In this document: piece by piece, positions 47,306 to 55,473 of the stretch | Layout: each line of letters opens with the position of its first letter | Position numbering within the stretch: the first letter of the stretch is position 1 | Assembly (NCBI GenBank): GCA_015232405.1 | Contig: JADFZS010000002.1 | Coordinates: forward strand, 11,448 to 75,447 | Source of the DNA: Magnetococcales bacterium | Lineage (GTDB): Bacteria; Pseudomonadota; Magnetococcia; Magnetococcales; JADFYX01 | Direction: 5' to 3' | Length of the DNA stretch: 64,000 nt | Translations under genes and position numbers: made by a program | Notes under the pieces: model-generated | Database searches by the model: none | The model's input: only the letters and a program-made list of their open reading frames with translations | What the model was told of the DNA's origin: nothing

Positions 47306-49075
47306 TCAATAAAGAGGGCTTAGCTCTCCTGAATGTTTTTTGCTTTTGGTATCGCTTTTAGTTTTTTTAAAGCCCTTTATCTCGCTCCATAGTTTTGCCC
47401 CATCCCAAGGTATAGGCTCTTTGGCATAGAGGGTCTGCTCCAGCTTTTCAAGCTCTGTTGCCATAGAAGGTTGCACCAATTCACAGATTTTTGCCATTGA
47501 TGGGCTGTTTAAATCTGGCCACGTTTGACTTGCCCACTGCATCAAAAGACGACGGGTTTCCGATGGACGGTTATCCAGTGAGCTGGCTTTGAGTTTTTTT
47601 AGAATATTGGTATCTATCTCTTTAACAGTCTTACTAACTTTTGAGAGAACATTTTTTTGCCAAGATCTATGGTGAAACCACCAAGCCAAAGCGGTTAAAA
47701 ACCAACCGACACCAAACACCACTGCAAGCCATGGATATGGTTGAGTTGTGTGTTGCATTTCTGCTGCTGGGGTAACGGTAGTTGTTGGCAAGGTAGTAGG
47801 GGGTGTGGACGACTCAGGTAACGGTAGTTGTTGGCTTTTTGCTGGTTGATTACTGTTTACAGCAGGTTGCACCGTAATGGTCTGCTCATGTAAACGGGCT
47901 ATTTTAAGCTTGTCCTCATCGACATCCCACCAGGGAATCTCAATAGCAGCAAGTTTGTAGGTTCCGGGAGAGGTGGGTATAATGGCATTTTTTTGCCGCA
48001 AAACCCCAACAATACCAGTAAGTTCAACCTGATCAGAATGTTCTGCTTTATCGGTATACTGTTTTAGACCAGTGGTCTTTTGTTTGGAAAATTTGGGCAG
48101 TTGTTTAGCAGGGATACCATCCGCCATTAAATTTATGGTACGGGTTATGGGTTCTCCCACGATAAATTGGGCAGGGTCCTGACTCCATTTTTGGCTGATT
48201 ATAACCTCATGAGCTGCAAGCCAGCGTTTATGGGTAAAACTTTTTGGTATGGCCTGTACATCAAACTTCAAGGTATTGGAGCTAATACGTTTTACAGAGC
48301 TACGTTGACGCCCAAATGGATCGTTAAAAAGATTGCCAAAAACTTGGTTGCTTCCGCCAATTTGGGCCTTTAGATGGATGGGAGTGAGTTTAAGCTCGCC
48401 ACTTTTTTGGGGAAACATGATATAGCGGTGTTCTTCAACCCTATATTTGCGGTTATTGCGGTTGGTGTCGTACTGTCGCCCTTGGCCCAGACTTTCAAAC
48501 ACTACTTCACCACCACTGAAATTTGGTTTTGTCATGGTGGCTCCGACAATTTTGATAGCACGATAAAATCTCAGAGTGATAACCACCTGTGCCTGTACAT
48601 AGGGTTTATGGGTATCGGCCTCTACCAATAAAAACATGTCGCTGTCAAACTGGCCTTTACTGCTTGTTGGGGTAGGATCTTTATTCACAATAAGTGTTAT
48701 CGGTTTTGAGGTAGAGCTACCAAATTTAATTGCTGGTATGGTAAATTTTCCCGCCTCTCTCGGTATCAGGTTAACAGTCCAAGATGTTGAACTGTGACCA
48801 GAACCATTTATAAATTGATAGCTGGTGCTTTTATTTTGCCCTAAAATATCAAAGCTTTTTTTCAAGGGTGAAAAATCAGGCTCTCCATCAACTGACCCCT
48901 TAGCCTCAAAAATCAGTTTAAAAGATTCACTTACAAGTACCTGGTCTTGATCAATACTAACAGTGATTTGGGCTGCTATAGCAGTTGTGGAGACCAGTAA
49001 AATTGATAATAGTGATAAGCAGAAAGCAAAGTATGATTTTATAATACTCTTCTGTTTATTATGCCAATTTACCAT
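47306..49075 (-). CDS. batD: BatD-like oxygen-tolerance protein
   Basis: It sits last in the batA-batB/C-batD order. An N-terminal signal/TM (FAFCLSLLSILLVSTTAIA) and a C-terminal TM (WLAVVFGVGWFLTALAWWF) are present. The start is taken at ATG 49075, which overlaps the upstream stop; the tracked ORF extends to 49177 inside the upstream gene. Confidence 0.75.
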   Translation of the reverse strand: MVNWHNKQKSIIKSYFAFCLSLLSILLVSTTAIAAQITVSIDQDQVLVSESFKLIFEAKGSVDGEPDFSPLKKSFDILGQNKSTSYQFINGSGHSSTSWTVNLIPREAGKFTIPAIKFGSSTSKPITLIVNKDPTPTSSKGQFDSDMFLLVEADTHKPYVQAQVVITLRFYRAIKIVGATMTKPNFSGGEVVFESLGQGRQYDTNRNNRKYRVEEHRYIMFPQKSGELKLTPIHLKAQIGGSNQVFGNLFNDPFGRQRSSVKRISSNTLKFDVQAIPKSFTHKRWLAAHEVIISQKWSQDPAQFIVGEPITRTINLMADGIPAKQLPKFSKQKTTGLKQYTDKAEHSDQVELTGIVGVLRQKNAIIPTSPGTYKLAAIEIPWWDVDEDKLKIARLHEQTITVQPAVNSNQPAKSQQLPLPESSTPPTTLPTTTVTPAAEMQHTTQPYPWLAVVFGVGWFLTALAWWFHHRSWQKNVLSKVSKTVKEIDTNILKKLKASSLDNRPSETRRLLMQWASQTWPDLNSPSMAKICELVQPSMATELEKLEQTLYAKEPIPWDGAKLWSEIKGFKKTKSDTKSKKHSGELSPLY

Positions 49076-50910
49076 GGTTGATCTACCCCACTTCTTCTTG
49101 TGTTGCGGTTTTGATACTGGTTGAAAAATTTCCGTCGTAGCAGACCACCAGGATTGTCCGGTACACGACGTAGCCACTGTTCAGTTGCCATCTTCTCCTC
49201 TTCATCTTGTAACTGTTGGGCGTTGTTTTGCTGGATTTCATTGTTGTTTTCTTCTTTGTTATTTTGTTGTTCATCCTCTTGTTGTTCAGCAAGATTTTTC
49301 AACTTTTCGTCATCTAGCTTCTCTTCTTCTGGCTTTTCTTCACTTTTTTGTGTCTGACTCTTGTTTTCTTCATCATTGTCACTACTCTGTTTTTGGGCTG
49401 ATTCACTCTCTTCTTGATTATTTTTAAGTTGCTTTTGGCTCTCTTTATTCTCTTGGTTTTGCTGTTCACTATTTTGTGAGTTGCTCTGGGACTGCTCCTG
49501 CTGCTCCCCCTTTTGATTATCTTTTTGCTCTTGGTCACTATTCTGTTGTTGCTGTTGCTGTTTTTTAAGAGCTTTTTTTACCACCTCCAAGTTATGTTTC
49601 GCATCACTATGGTTGGGATTCTGTTTTAAAGTCTCTTCATAGCTATCTATAGCTTTTTGCAATTGACCTAAACGGGCCAAAGTATTGCCACGGTTATAGA
49701 GTGATCTGGTATCTGTTTTTTCCTCCAATATTTTTAAGGCATCTTCATATTGTCCAGCTCGATATTTTGCCACCGCTTGCCAGTTGGGATCGGTAAATAG
49801 TTCGCTAGCCTTTTCCGGTTTGTTCTGGGCAAAAGCTTCCGCTCCTCGTTGGTTGGGGGTGGACCACAAACCATCCCAATCCAACCCATAGCTGTTTGTA
49901 GGGTACGATACCATTAAAATCAGTATCAGCAGAGCTTGTCGTCGAAAGAGAGTAGCAGCCCATATAAGCACAGGCAGCAACAACCACGGTCCCTCTTCTT
50001 GCCAACGATCAGCCGAAAATTCTGTTTCTGCTATCTCCATGGAGAGGGGAGATTTTTTTATCCCAGTTAAAATCATATCCAAATCACTGTCGTCATTCTT
50101 AAGAACAGAGTAGTAACCACCTGTTTGAGCGACAATTTTGTTTAATGGAGCCTCATTTAGTTTGGGGATAACAATAGCTCCATTATTGTCGGTAAAAAAA
50201 CCACCTCCAGCAACAGGAATTGGTGCACCCTCACTAGTGCCAACACCTAAAATTGATAGACGATGGTGTTTAATTATTTCAGGGTCAAATTGGACATTCT
50301 CTGGCCAGCTATCAGTTATCAAAATAATATCACCACGACGAATACCACTGTTTTTAAACAGTTTGCTTGCATTCTGTAATGCCAGTTCTGGTTTGCTACC
50401 TTGAGCCGGCATTATATCAGTTGCAAGGGTGCTGACCAAAGAGGTGATATTGTTGCTATCGTCGGTTAAGGGAGAGACCACAAAAGGCTCTAAAGCATAG
50501 ACAATTAGAGCAGTTAGCCCCTCTTTACGATGGGTCAAAATATCCAGTACCTTATGTTTGGCCCTGGTTACTCTGTTGGGTTTTAGATCCGTTGCCTCCA
50601 TGGAGAGTGAAAGATCCAACACGATTACAAGTGCCGATTGATTGCTAAACACAGGTTGGGGAATTCTCTGCCAAACCGGACCAGCTAAAGCAGAAACAAC
50701 CAGTATTCCAGCCAATATCCCACTCCATGGGATGCGTTTTTTAATGTCTCCATGAACACTATTCATAATATATGGCAGCAGATGAGGGTCACAAACATTG
50801 CTCCAAGCTTTGCCTGTTTTTATATGGTTCATGGTCTGCCAGACAAATAAAGCCAAAGGCAGAAGAGCCAAAAACCAAAATGGGCGTAAAAAATGAAAAT
50901 CTTCAAGCAT
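49069..50910 (-). CDS. batB: BatB-like VWA protein fused to a BatC-like TPR region and a long Q/E/N/K-rich low-complexity segment
   Basis: N-terminal TMs. The VWA block is ALVIVLDLSLSM...ITDS. TPR-like region YNRGNTLARLGQLQKAIDSYEETLKQNPNHSDAKHNLE. The low-complexity run spans about nt 49140-49572. The C-terminus is WLRRVPDNPGGLLRRKF. Confidence 0.8.
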   Translation of the reverse strand: MLEDFHFLRPFWFLALLPLALFVWQTMNHIKTGKAWSNVCDPHLLPYIMNSVHGDIKKRIPWSGILAGILVVSALAGPVWQRIPQPVFSNQSALVIVLDLSLSMEATDLKPNRVTRAKHKVLDILTHRKEGLTALIVYALEPFVVSPLTDDSNNITSLVSTLATDIMPAQGSKPELALQNASKLFKNSGIRRGDIILITDSWPENVQFDPEIIKHHRLSILGVGTSEGAPIPVAGGGFFTDNNGAIVIPKLNEAPLNKIVAQTGGYYSVLKNDDSDLDMILTGIKKSPLSMEIAETEFSADRWQEEGPWLLLPVLIWAATLFRRQALLILILMVSYPTNSYGLDWDGLWSTPNQRGAEAFAQNKPEKASELFTDPNWQAVAKYRAGQYEDALKILEEKTDTRSLYNRGNTLARLGQLQKAIDSYEETLKQNPNHSDAKHNLEVVKKALKKQQQQQQNSDQEQKDNQKGEQQEQSQSNSQNSEQQNQENKESQKQLKNNQEESESAQKQSSDNDEENKSQTQKSEEKPEEEKLDDEKLKNLAEQQEDEQQNNKEENNNEIQQNNAQQLQDEEEKMATEQWLRRVPDNPGGLLRRKFFNQYQNRNTRRSGVDQPW

Positions 50911-51897
50911 TTATATACGCCTTTTTATGGTTATCAACAGAGTTAACAACAGAGCAAAACTCAAAGGCCACAAAAAGAGTGACTTTTGCGGACGATATGA
51001 GCGACTCTCTTTTTCTACAGGCTCCAACTCATCTAAAAGCTGATATATTTTTTCCAGCTCTTCACTGTTTCTTGCACGAAAATATCGGCCATTTGTGGCG
51101 TCGGCTATTGCAGTCAGGGTTTTTTCATCAAGATCTCTAGATGGGTTGACCCTCTGATTACCAAATAAAGTACGCACTACCATCTCATCAGCACCTATAC
51201 CAATTGTGTGGATCTTCAACCCCACACTTGCTGCCAACTTTGCTGCTTGTAAGGGAGATACTTCACCAGCAGTGTTGGCTCCATCAGTTAGAAGAATAAG
51301 AACTTTGCTCTCAGGTGATGAGTCACGGATTTTTTTGGTCGCAAGTCCGATAGCATCGCCAATTGCTGTTTTTGGTCCAGCAAGGCCAATGGCAGATTCC
51401 GACAGCAGGGTTGCAACTGTTGTTCTGTCAAAAGTCAAAGGGGTTTGTAGGTAGGCGTTGCTGCCAAATAAGATAAGCCCCATGCGATCCCCCTGTCGCC
51501 GCTTGATAAAAGCTCCTGCCACATTTTTTGTTGCGGTTAATCGGTCTACCATCATGCCATCTAATATAAAATCTTTCTGTTTCATACTATCAGAAAGGTC
51601 AACAGCCATCATTAAATCCCTACCGCTTACAGGTAGCTCTATCTGCTCCCCCAACCATTGGGGGCGAGCTGTGGCTGTTATCAAGAGTATCCAGGCGAAT
51701 AGGGCAGGTAGAAGGTACGACCACCTGTTTTGTGGGCCAACACTGCTGCTTGATAGGCTTAAGGCAAAGGTGAAATCTTCAGGAAAGGGGATTTTCAGGG
51801 TTGCCTCTGGCTCTGTTGACTCTCCAACGACAAATCTACTAATCAACCAAGGCAGGGGTAACAGCAAAAATATCCAAGGCCACTCAAATTGCAACAT
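50911..51897 (-). CDS. batA: BatA-like VWA-domain membrane protein
   Basis: Begins MLQFEWPWIFLLLPLPWL. The VWA MIDAS context is DLMMAVDLSDSM, then LLTDGANT. A C-terminal TM is present. Confidence 0.85.
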   Translation of the reverse strand: MLQFEWPWIFLLLPLPWLISRFVVGESTEPEATLKIPFPEDFTFALSLSSSSVGPQNRWSYLLPALFAWILLITATARPQWLGEQIELPVSGRDLMMAVDLSDSMKQKDFILDGMMVDRLTATKNVAGAFIKRRQGDRMGLILFGSNAYLQTPLTFDRTTVATLLSESAIGLAGPKTAIGDAIGLATKKIRDSSPESKVLILLTDGANTAGEVSPLQAAKLAASVGLKIHTIGIGADEMVVRTLFGNQRVNPSRDLDEKTLTAIADATNGRYFRARNSEELEKIYQLLDELEPVEKESRSYRPQKSLFLWPLSFALLLTLLITIKRRI

Positions 51898-52038
51898 GGT
51901 TTAACTCATATGTTATGGTTCTATCTATTTTTGTAAAATATATTAATGGCAATTATTAAATGCAATGTTTATTGCTAAAGATATGAAACCACAATATTAA
52001 TTCAAAAAAATGAGGTCAGTTACTACTAAATCATAAGG

Positions 52039-52617
52039 CTATCTGATCACCGCTCCAGCTAAAAACAGAAACAGAAACCCTGCACCGACTCCCAACTGGA
52101 TGGATCGTTTAAACGGGATACCAAAAACAGTGTTTAAACCCACAATTAACAACAGGGTCTCTATAGCCACTATACTGGTATGCCAGGGGATTATTATTTC
52201 CGGCCCACCCCAACCCAGTTTAACTAAAAAGCTATCAATAAGAAGGCTTGGCAGCCATGGACCAAAAAAACAGAAACCAAGTAGTGTCCAGGTTCGTTTT
52301 AAGGTCATTGGTAGGGTGATGGCAAAATCTTTGCCGTACCACCAGACAGCCAGAGCCATCAAAGTGATAATAAGCATGCCGTATGGACCATAAGCATAAA
52401 TTTCAAAATAGCGATAGCTTTGGGGGTCGATACCAAACGGAACAGGTAACAACATAGGGCTGTTTTCCTGATAGAGAGCCACAAGTGTTGTAAGAGCTGT
52501 GGTCTGCCAGCGGAAAAATTGTAGGAAGAAGGCCCAGAAAAAAAGATCATGACCCCTAAGACGGGTATAGAGACCAGAGGGGCGTAAAAACATGAAGCAG
52601 AGAAGATTTTTGAACAT
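52039..52617 (-). CDS. Multi-pass membrane protein of unknown function
   Basis: 192 aa with 4-5 hydrophobic helices. It starts 7 nt after the cNMP-binding gene. No family recognised. Confidence 0.55.
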   Translation of the reverse strand: MFKNLLCFMFLRPSGLYTRLRGHDLFFWAFFLQFFRWQTTALTTLVALYQENSPMLLPVPFGIDPQSYRYFEIYAYGPYGMLIITLMALAVWWYGKDFAITLPMTLKRTWTLLGFCFFGPWLPSLLIDSFLVKLGWGGPEIIIPWHTSIVAIETLLLIVGLNTVFGIPFKRSIQLGVGAGFLFLFLAGAVIR

Positions 52618-52624
52618 TATTTTA

Positions 52625-53044
52625 CTATTTTGTTGCTTTGGCTTTTTTTTGTAGATCTCTTACCATTTTTCTTAAACTAACAACCTCTTCTATTAGAGTT
52701 CTGGTGCGAGATGCCATGTTCATGAGAATTTTCAAGGTGAAGGTAGGCTCTTCTCCAACCCATTGTAAAAAATTTTTTTTATCAACCGACAAAACCCGAA
52801 CATCACCTATAGCTTTCGCAGTTGCAATTCTTGTAGCATCATCAAAAAGAGCCAGCTCACCAAAAACCTCATCCTCTCCCAGTACAGCCAAACGTAATGA
52901 GTCATCCCTCTGATCATCAAGTATTATCTCCACCTCTCCATCCAGAACAACATACATACAGTCCGCCGGATCTCCCTGATTGATAATAATCTCTCCATCG
53001 GAATATTTTTTTCCAAGAGCTGACTTATTGGCGTGGAATAGCAT
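52625..53044 (-). CDS. Small stand-alone cyclic-nucleotide-binding (CAP/Crp-type) domain protein
   Basis: 139 aa. Contains IIINQGDPADCMYVVLDGEVEI, then FGELALFDDATRIATAKA. There is no DNA-binding HTH. Confidence 0.75.
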   Translation of the reverse strand: MLFHANKSALGKKYSDGEIIINQGDPADCMYVVLDGEVEIILDDQRDDSLRLAVLGEDEVFGELALFDDATRIATAKAIGDVRVLSVDKKNFLQWVGEEPTFTLKILMNMASRTRTLIEEVVSLRKMVRDLQKKAKATK

Positions 53045-53259
53045 TTATTTACCTTAAAGTAACGTTAAATCTAGATAAAACAATAAAAATTTCAGATATT
53101 TATCTTGTTTTATGTGTAATCTGTATAAGCGACCAGTTTCTCACAACTAACAACCAAATCAAAGGCAATACCAATGCTGCACAAGTTTAGCAAGGGATAT
53201 CATTGTGAAATAGCTTAAAAAAAGTGGGCTTTTCATGGCAAATACATTTGAAATAGGAT

Positions 53260-53297
53260 AAAAAAAAGGTTTGCACCATTAGCAATCAGTGCAAACC
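53260..53297 (-). terminator. Intrinsic terminator after the nuclease gene
   Basis: On the minus strand, GGTTTGCAC-12 nt loop-GTGCAAACC is followed by T8. Confidence 0.8.
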
Positions 53298-53334
53298 CAA
53301 AATGTTCAACTATTTTAATAGATAAAACTCTTTT

Positions 53335-54567
53335 TTATTGTGAACGCACATTAAAAATAAAAGGCTTTCCCTCGTCGGCTCTGCCGCTTCTTCGATAACG
53401 TACCCTATCGATACGTTGTGAATTAGCATTGAAAAGTGATATTGATCCCCCCTTGTTACCAAGGCGTATAGGGGAGATGGGTTGAAAACGCCTGGCCTCT
53501 CCCGGTCCAAGATCTCCAGATATTGTTAGAGTGTCTTGTGGATCTCTTAAATACCAACCGTCTAAGTTAACATTTTCCCCAGAAAGGTTGATTATTGATA
53601 TCCACTCCCCTTGTATTTCTGACCCTTTGGGGTTTACCTGGGCCGCAACAATATAGATAGGGGAGTTATCATCCAATACCTCAGTGCGTGGTGAATCTGG
53701 TGAAATAATCAACTCATCGGCTTCATCTACCTCAAGCCGTTCAGGTAAGTTATCATCTTTGCTTTCATTTTCATCTTCTTTATCAGGATCGGGATTATAA
53801 CGCAGTGGGTTACTGTCGGATATACCATCAGGAAAAATCAGTCCGGTTAAGTTTTCTATCTCTGTTACAGTAACCTGATATCTTTGTAAATCAATATATT
53901 TTTTACCCTTTTTGTCTCTGAGAGCATCGGCATCCTGCCACATAACAAAGGCTTTGGTCGCAAGTTTACCATCTTTATCTATATAGCTTATAACCTTGAA
54001 AAATCCGGCAGGAATCAAAGCTGTTTCACGGCCTTCTGGAGTTATGGAGCGAGGGTGGTCGGCAAAAATTGGCCCGGAAACCGAGTTTATTTTATTTGTT
54101 GAGTCATCGGTTAAACCTAATACCCAATCTTCCAACTCCAGCCACTCATCCTGATTGAAGTTTGCATGTTGCAAAGATGCGTTGGAGTAGAAAAATGTAT
54201 CATCAGAAGCCTGCCGCGCCTCATGATTTGTAACCCCCCATGCAGCTGAGGAGCGACGTGCAAGATGCCCTCTGTCCCAGTCATTTCTACGGTAATAGTC
54301 GTTATTTAACTGGTTTTCTCTACCTATTCTATCATCTTCCAGCCATCTGTTTGATCTTTTTACCGATTTTAATAGACTTTGATCTATGTTTAAAGCGGCA
54401 AAAAGTGGGGTACGAAGTTTACTGTGCATCGCTACAGTGTAGTTTACATAATCAGCAAACACCCCCTCCCTAAGCTCCGTTTTGTTTAATACCAAATTTT
54501 TCAAACCAGCAGAGAACCCTGGAAGTGGTACAGGTTTACCAAGAAAATTATGATCATAACCAGACAT
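53335..54567 (-). CDS. DNA/RNA non-specific endonuclease (beta-beta-alpha-Me, NucA/EndoG family) fused to a C-terminal lamin-tail domain
   Basis: Active-site DRGHLARR, then FFYSNASLQHANFNQDEWLELE. The C-terminal LTD-like block is IVAAQVNPKGSEIQGEWISIINLSGENVNLDGWYL...LGNKGGSISLFN. The start is taken at ATG 54567 with RBS AAGGGGA. I see no signal peptide. Confidence 0.8.
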   Translation of the reverse strand: MSGYDHNFLGKPVPLPGFSAGLKNLVLNKTELREGVFADYVNYTVAMHSKLRTPLFAALNIDQSLLKSVKRSNRWLEDDRIGRENQLNNDYYRRNDWDRGHLARRSSAAWGVTNHEARQASDDTFFYSNASLQHANFNQDEWLELEDWVLGLTDDSTNKINSVSGPIFADHPRSITPEGRETALIPAGFFKVISYIDKDGKLATKAFVMWQDADALRDKKGKKYIDLQRYQVTVTEIENLTGLIFPDGISDSNPLRYNPDPDKEDENESKDDNLPERLEVDEADELIISPDSPRTEVLDDNSPIYIVAAQVNPKGSEIQGEWISIINLSGENVNLDGWYLRDPQDTLTISGDLGPGEARRFQPISPIRLGNKGGSISLFNANSQRIDRVRYRRSGRADEGKPFIFNVRSQ

Positions 54568-54853
54568 ATTATTCCCCTTGTTTAAAAAAAAGCATGAAAA
54601 CATACAAACAATAAAAGTAAATATAAAAAATCATACTATATTGTGAAATGTCTTAATTTAAGTAACTTAAATTTAAACCAGTTCTTGGTAAATATTACTA
54701 AATTATTTGTAAATTGACATAGGGGTATAACAAGAATAGATAATGGCTAGTGTTATCTTCTATAGCTGCAATATTTTTTACTCTTATGCAGATGGGGTAT
54801 TCTTAATGGGTATGATTGTATTCAACTATCTAATGTGAAAAAAACTGGGACTA

Positions 54854-55435
54854 TCAAGATAATCCCAACAGCTCAATTGCAAATTGTGTTGGTTTGTTTT
54901 TAAAGGCGATTGCATGTATTTCCAAATTTCCCGAATTGGAAAATATTATCTGTAGTCCAGATTGTTGTAGAATCGAAATCAGAGATTTTTCAGTAAAACC
55001 AGTTTTATGGGCATAGAACTCATCACCACTTTTTTCAATCTGCTCTCCATAACCATAAATAACATCTCTTACCTTTATCGGCCCCATGGGTGATTGGTAG
55101 AGAAAATCATCAATATCCAAATTTTTTTCCGCAACAATTTTAAATAACTCTCCAATATCGGGGACTGTAATAATGGCAAATCCATCCTCTTTTAAAACAT
55201 GTTTAAAGCCAGCCAAAACTTTTTTGGCATCATGATGGAAGTAGTGCTCCAGATTGTGGGAACAATAAACAGAGTCATATTGTGAACCTTGTAGAGTGGT
55301 CAACATCCTGGCATCCAAGATGATATCTGGCTCAACTTTTGGGTCAATATCCAAAAGATGCTGCTCCCAGCCATCGTAAATTGGAGGGATTGGAATATCT
55401 CTGCTGTTTCCTCCAACATTCAAAACTCGTCTCAT
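54854..55435 (-). CDS. Class I SAM-dependent methyltransferase
   Basis: 193 aa. Contains VLNVGGN...LDID, then DSVYCSHNLEHY and LKEDGFAIITVPD. Confidence 0.7.
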   Translation of the reverse strand: MRRVLNVGGNSRDIPIPPIYDGWEQHLLDIDPKVEPDIILDARMLTTLQGSQYDSVYCSHNLEHYFHHDAKKVLAGFKHVLKEDGFAIITVPDIGELFKIVAEKNLDIDDFLYQSPMGPIKVRDVIYGYGEQIEKSGDEFYAHKTGFTEKSLISILQQSGLQIIFSNSGNLEIHAIAFKNKPTQFAIELLGLS

Positions 55436-55473
55436 TCTTAAACCCTATTATCTTTAAGCTCTCTGTTATCAAC

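Noticed and set aside
49083-49538. A cluster of overlapping ORFs on both strands (49083-49292, 49121-49357, 49185-49427, 49314-49538)
   Set aside because: All fall within the Q/E/N/K-rich low-complexity segment of the batB/C fusion. The repetitive CAA/GAA/AAA composition keeps several frames open.
54743-54838. 31-codon hydrophobic plus-strand ORF (MASVIFYSCNIFYSYADGVFLMGMIVFNYLM), considered as a possible nuclease immunity or toxin peptide
   Set aside because: It has no convincing RBS, lies on the strand opposite the flanking genes, and is in AT-rich DNA where such ORFs arise by chance.
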